The position numbers were made by a program, and so were the translations under genes. A DNA stretch of 64,000 nucleotides from Laetmonice hystrix (lineage: Eukaryota): NCBI GenBank assembly GCA_965235115.1, contig OZ249451.1, positions 10,354,001 through 10,418,000 of the forward strand, in the 5' to 3' direction. Position 1 is the first letter of the stretch. Every line of letters starts with the position of its first letter. Below are positions 62,201-64,000 of the stretch, piece by piece. The notes below the pieces were generated by a model, which ran no database searches, was not told the origin of the DNA, and saw only the letters and a program-made list of their open reading frames with translations.

Positions 62201-63480
62201 TTCTCCCCACACTCGTAAGGCGATTCTCCTTGCGACGGCCATGCGATTTGGACATCACCCTTTTAAGTTACTGTAATTTGGAGATTAAAGGGTGAACCCA
62301 TTTCCTGAAACGGAAAAGGCCAGCCAGGAAAAATTTCCGAGTGAAATTCCACCATTAAATAAAAAATCGCATGGCCGTCGCAAGGGGAATCGCCTTACTG
62401 GATAGCTTAGGACAACGATGTGAAATGATTATAGAAGTAGATTCCGTGATGACACAAAATCGCCAAGGTCGTGACGTCAACACATGAGCGATAGCCATTT
62501 GGCGACTCAGTTTTTAGCCACGGGCACAAGCTGTACGTTTATATATCAAGCAGATACATTCTCAATGTTTTACCTCGTTTTAAAACAAAACTCTATGTGA
62601 GCGGTTAACCGGCCCTTATTCCTAAATATAGCAGCCTATAGGACAGCCTATATATAGGCCTAGGCTCAACTAAATATAGTCCTATAGGCCTAGGGCCTAT
62701 ATAGGCCAATAGCCGTAGGCCTATAGTTCTACATTAGGCCTCTAGGCCTAATACTATAGAATGACAGGCAGCGCCGTAGCCTGCAGGGGGCAGCTCCCCC
62801 CCCCCCCCACACCTGGGATTTCCAGTTGTTTTTTTTAACCCACACCCCGGATCAGCTCGACCGGCGCAATGACGGGCTATCACGTGGCAGGCCTACTGCC
62901 CCCCCCCCCACGTACTTCGGCCAGGCCATGGCCCTGACAGGTCACTATATAGAAAAACGTATTAGGCCGATAGGCTCGGGTGATGGTCTGCTTACCTTTG
63001 TTATAGACTCGTTCTGTTCTGCAGCGTCCTCCGGTACATTCTGCCTCATGATTCCCGGTCAGATTCCATGGAGACGAAATACAGGGGTGGGTGTCATTAA
63101 ATCCCGATATCTTTCGGTTACACTCGTAACACACGAGGTTATCTGAAAATATTCATGCATGTAAAAGATGGCATAAAACCACCTGAATCTCCCCGTCCCC
63201 CTGGACATATATCTTAAAATCGACGTGTTCCTCACTGCTCCTATATAACATACGGATCGACCTTGTCTTCTTGCTCCCCGGTAATAGTTCCGTCAAATAC
63301 CTGGAGTGGGCGCGTCGGAGGGTGCATACGGTGGCTCCGGTGCGAGATCTCCATCGTTACATAGCCGTTCATCACAAAACTCCACACAAGTCTGGAGAGG
63401 CCCGTCCGTTGAACAGCCCGTCGTAGCACTAGCCCCTTCCCATTCACATGCCCTGCTTACGCGATCAAGTAGGTCCTTGA
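56259..63480 (-). CDS. GPI-anchored multi-three-finger (Ly6/uPAR, LU) protein, at least 6 domains, 5' end beyond the window
   Basis: Phase 1-1 exon pairs. B exons: 63480-63301, 62019-61840, 60541-60359, 58226-58044, 57342-57160 (RVSR.CEW..GCSTDG..TCVEFCD..LCNDGD + Pro-rich linker). A exons: 63142-62996, 61688-61542, 60202-60056, 57863-57717 (NL.CYEC..D.PC..EC.GGRC). A divergent final pair is 56740-56603 (FNCYLC..) and 56497-56259 (..CFTFCKGELCN..LGGTPRHLYGQPLTVLLALTAIQCFV*). Each domain has 10 Cys ending in CN. All copies are stop-free with GT-AG. Confidence 0.88.
59040..59395. mobile_element. Tc1/mariner-like MITE with about 90-bp TIRs
   Basis: TA-flanked. (t/c)ag(a/g)gtgagt..aaaaaaaactagacacttttt..aaaag.ccca.tgttttattgtgtaccaatatatacaatata is mirrored at the right end. 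Confidence 0.85.
61311..61482. mobile_element. Small MITE with 5-bp TSD
   Basis: TIR cagggcc(g/a)t(a/g)gcc and TSD ACAGG (61306-10 and 61483-87). The empty site gaatgacaggtcact is visible at about 59990. Confidence 0.85.
62769..62936. mobile_element. Same small MITE in the neighbouring unit
   Basis: Identical insertion point and ACAGG TSD (62764-68 and 62937-41). Confidence 0.85.
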
Positions 63481-63744
63481 CTTATAAAGAAAAAAAGGAA
63501 AAGAATTCAACATTTGTGCTCCTACAATAGGTAGCTGGCCTATACATAGTAAGGCCCTATATAGTCTGGATTTCCCCCAACACACGTTCTCCTATAAGCC
63601 TATAGATAGGAACTCGTTTTAATATTGATTTCATAATCATAATTCTGCAAAAACTGTAGCAATTTCTCCCCACACTCGTAAGGCGATTCTCCTTGCGACG
63701 CCCATGCGATTTGGACATCACCCTTTTAATTTACTGTAATTCTG

Positions 63745-63810
63745 CGGTCCGGGTTGGCGATGGTCCTAGGTGTCATGAGCACCTTAGACCACTCGGCCAC
63801 CCGAGGCCCC
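63745..63810 (-). mobile_element. tRNA-derived SINE head (truncated)
   Basis: The minus strand reads gggtggccgagtggtctaaggtgc, a tRNA-Leu/Ser-like 5' end with A-box TGGCCGAGTGG. There is no B-box or cloverleaf, so it is not a tRNA gene. Confidence 0.5.
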
Positions 63811-64000
63811 CTCCCCTCTTTTGAGATATAGGCTACTGGGTTTCCAAACGGGCCAGGTTTTGAAACCTCGCAGAAATCTTGCGATGGTACAACGATGTGA
63901 GGTGAATATAGAGAGTCTACCGCTACACGGCGACGGTTCCGTGATGGCACAAATCGCCAAGGTCGTGACGTCAACACATGAGCGATAGCGTCTCTCAGAT

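Larger units (their letters stand above)
57040..64000. repeat. Tandem array of 0.9-2.3-kb exon+intron units
   Basis: The marker aatattgatttcataatcataattctg occurs at about 57465, 58372, 60679, 62159 and 63621. Introns are visibly alignable between units. Confidence 0.95.

Noticed and set aside
57780-63447. Repeated ORF MNGTGLMLRRAVQRTDLSRL... as a tandem gene family
   Set aside because: It is an alternative frame of the B exon running into intron. The Cys-patterned frame matches the splice sites.
63745-63810. Functional tRNA gene
   Set aside because: Only the 5' A-box region is tRNA-like, with no T-arm/B-box or acceptor-stem pairing.

Overview
Intron-rich animal genomic DNA, probably from a marine invertebrate bilaterian (inferred; the taxon cannot be fixed from sequence alone). 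I reconstructed five spliced genes by hand using GT-AG junctions and phase matching. (1) + strand: a cation-type Cys-loop (nAChR-like) channel lacking the loop-C vicinal cysteines. Its first intron holds a 2.5-kb minisatellite built from the gene's own acceptor and exon start. (2) - strand: a secreted protein with signal peptide, C-type lectin-like domain, an unassigned Cys-rich domain and a jacalin-like domain. (3) - strand: TBC1D5 (21 coding exons, about 843 aa), with a young full-length BEL/Pao LTR retrotransposon inserted in sense in intron 4. (4) - strand: glutamine synthetase. (5) - strand, hidden in what looks like a 1-2 kb satellite at 57-64 kb: a GPI-anchored protein with at least six three-finger (Ly6/uPAR, LU) domains, grown by tandem duplication of a two-exon cassette and continuing past the window edge. 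There are also many MITEs (several with verifiable TSDs) and minisatellites. Gene models are manual predictions without transcript support.
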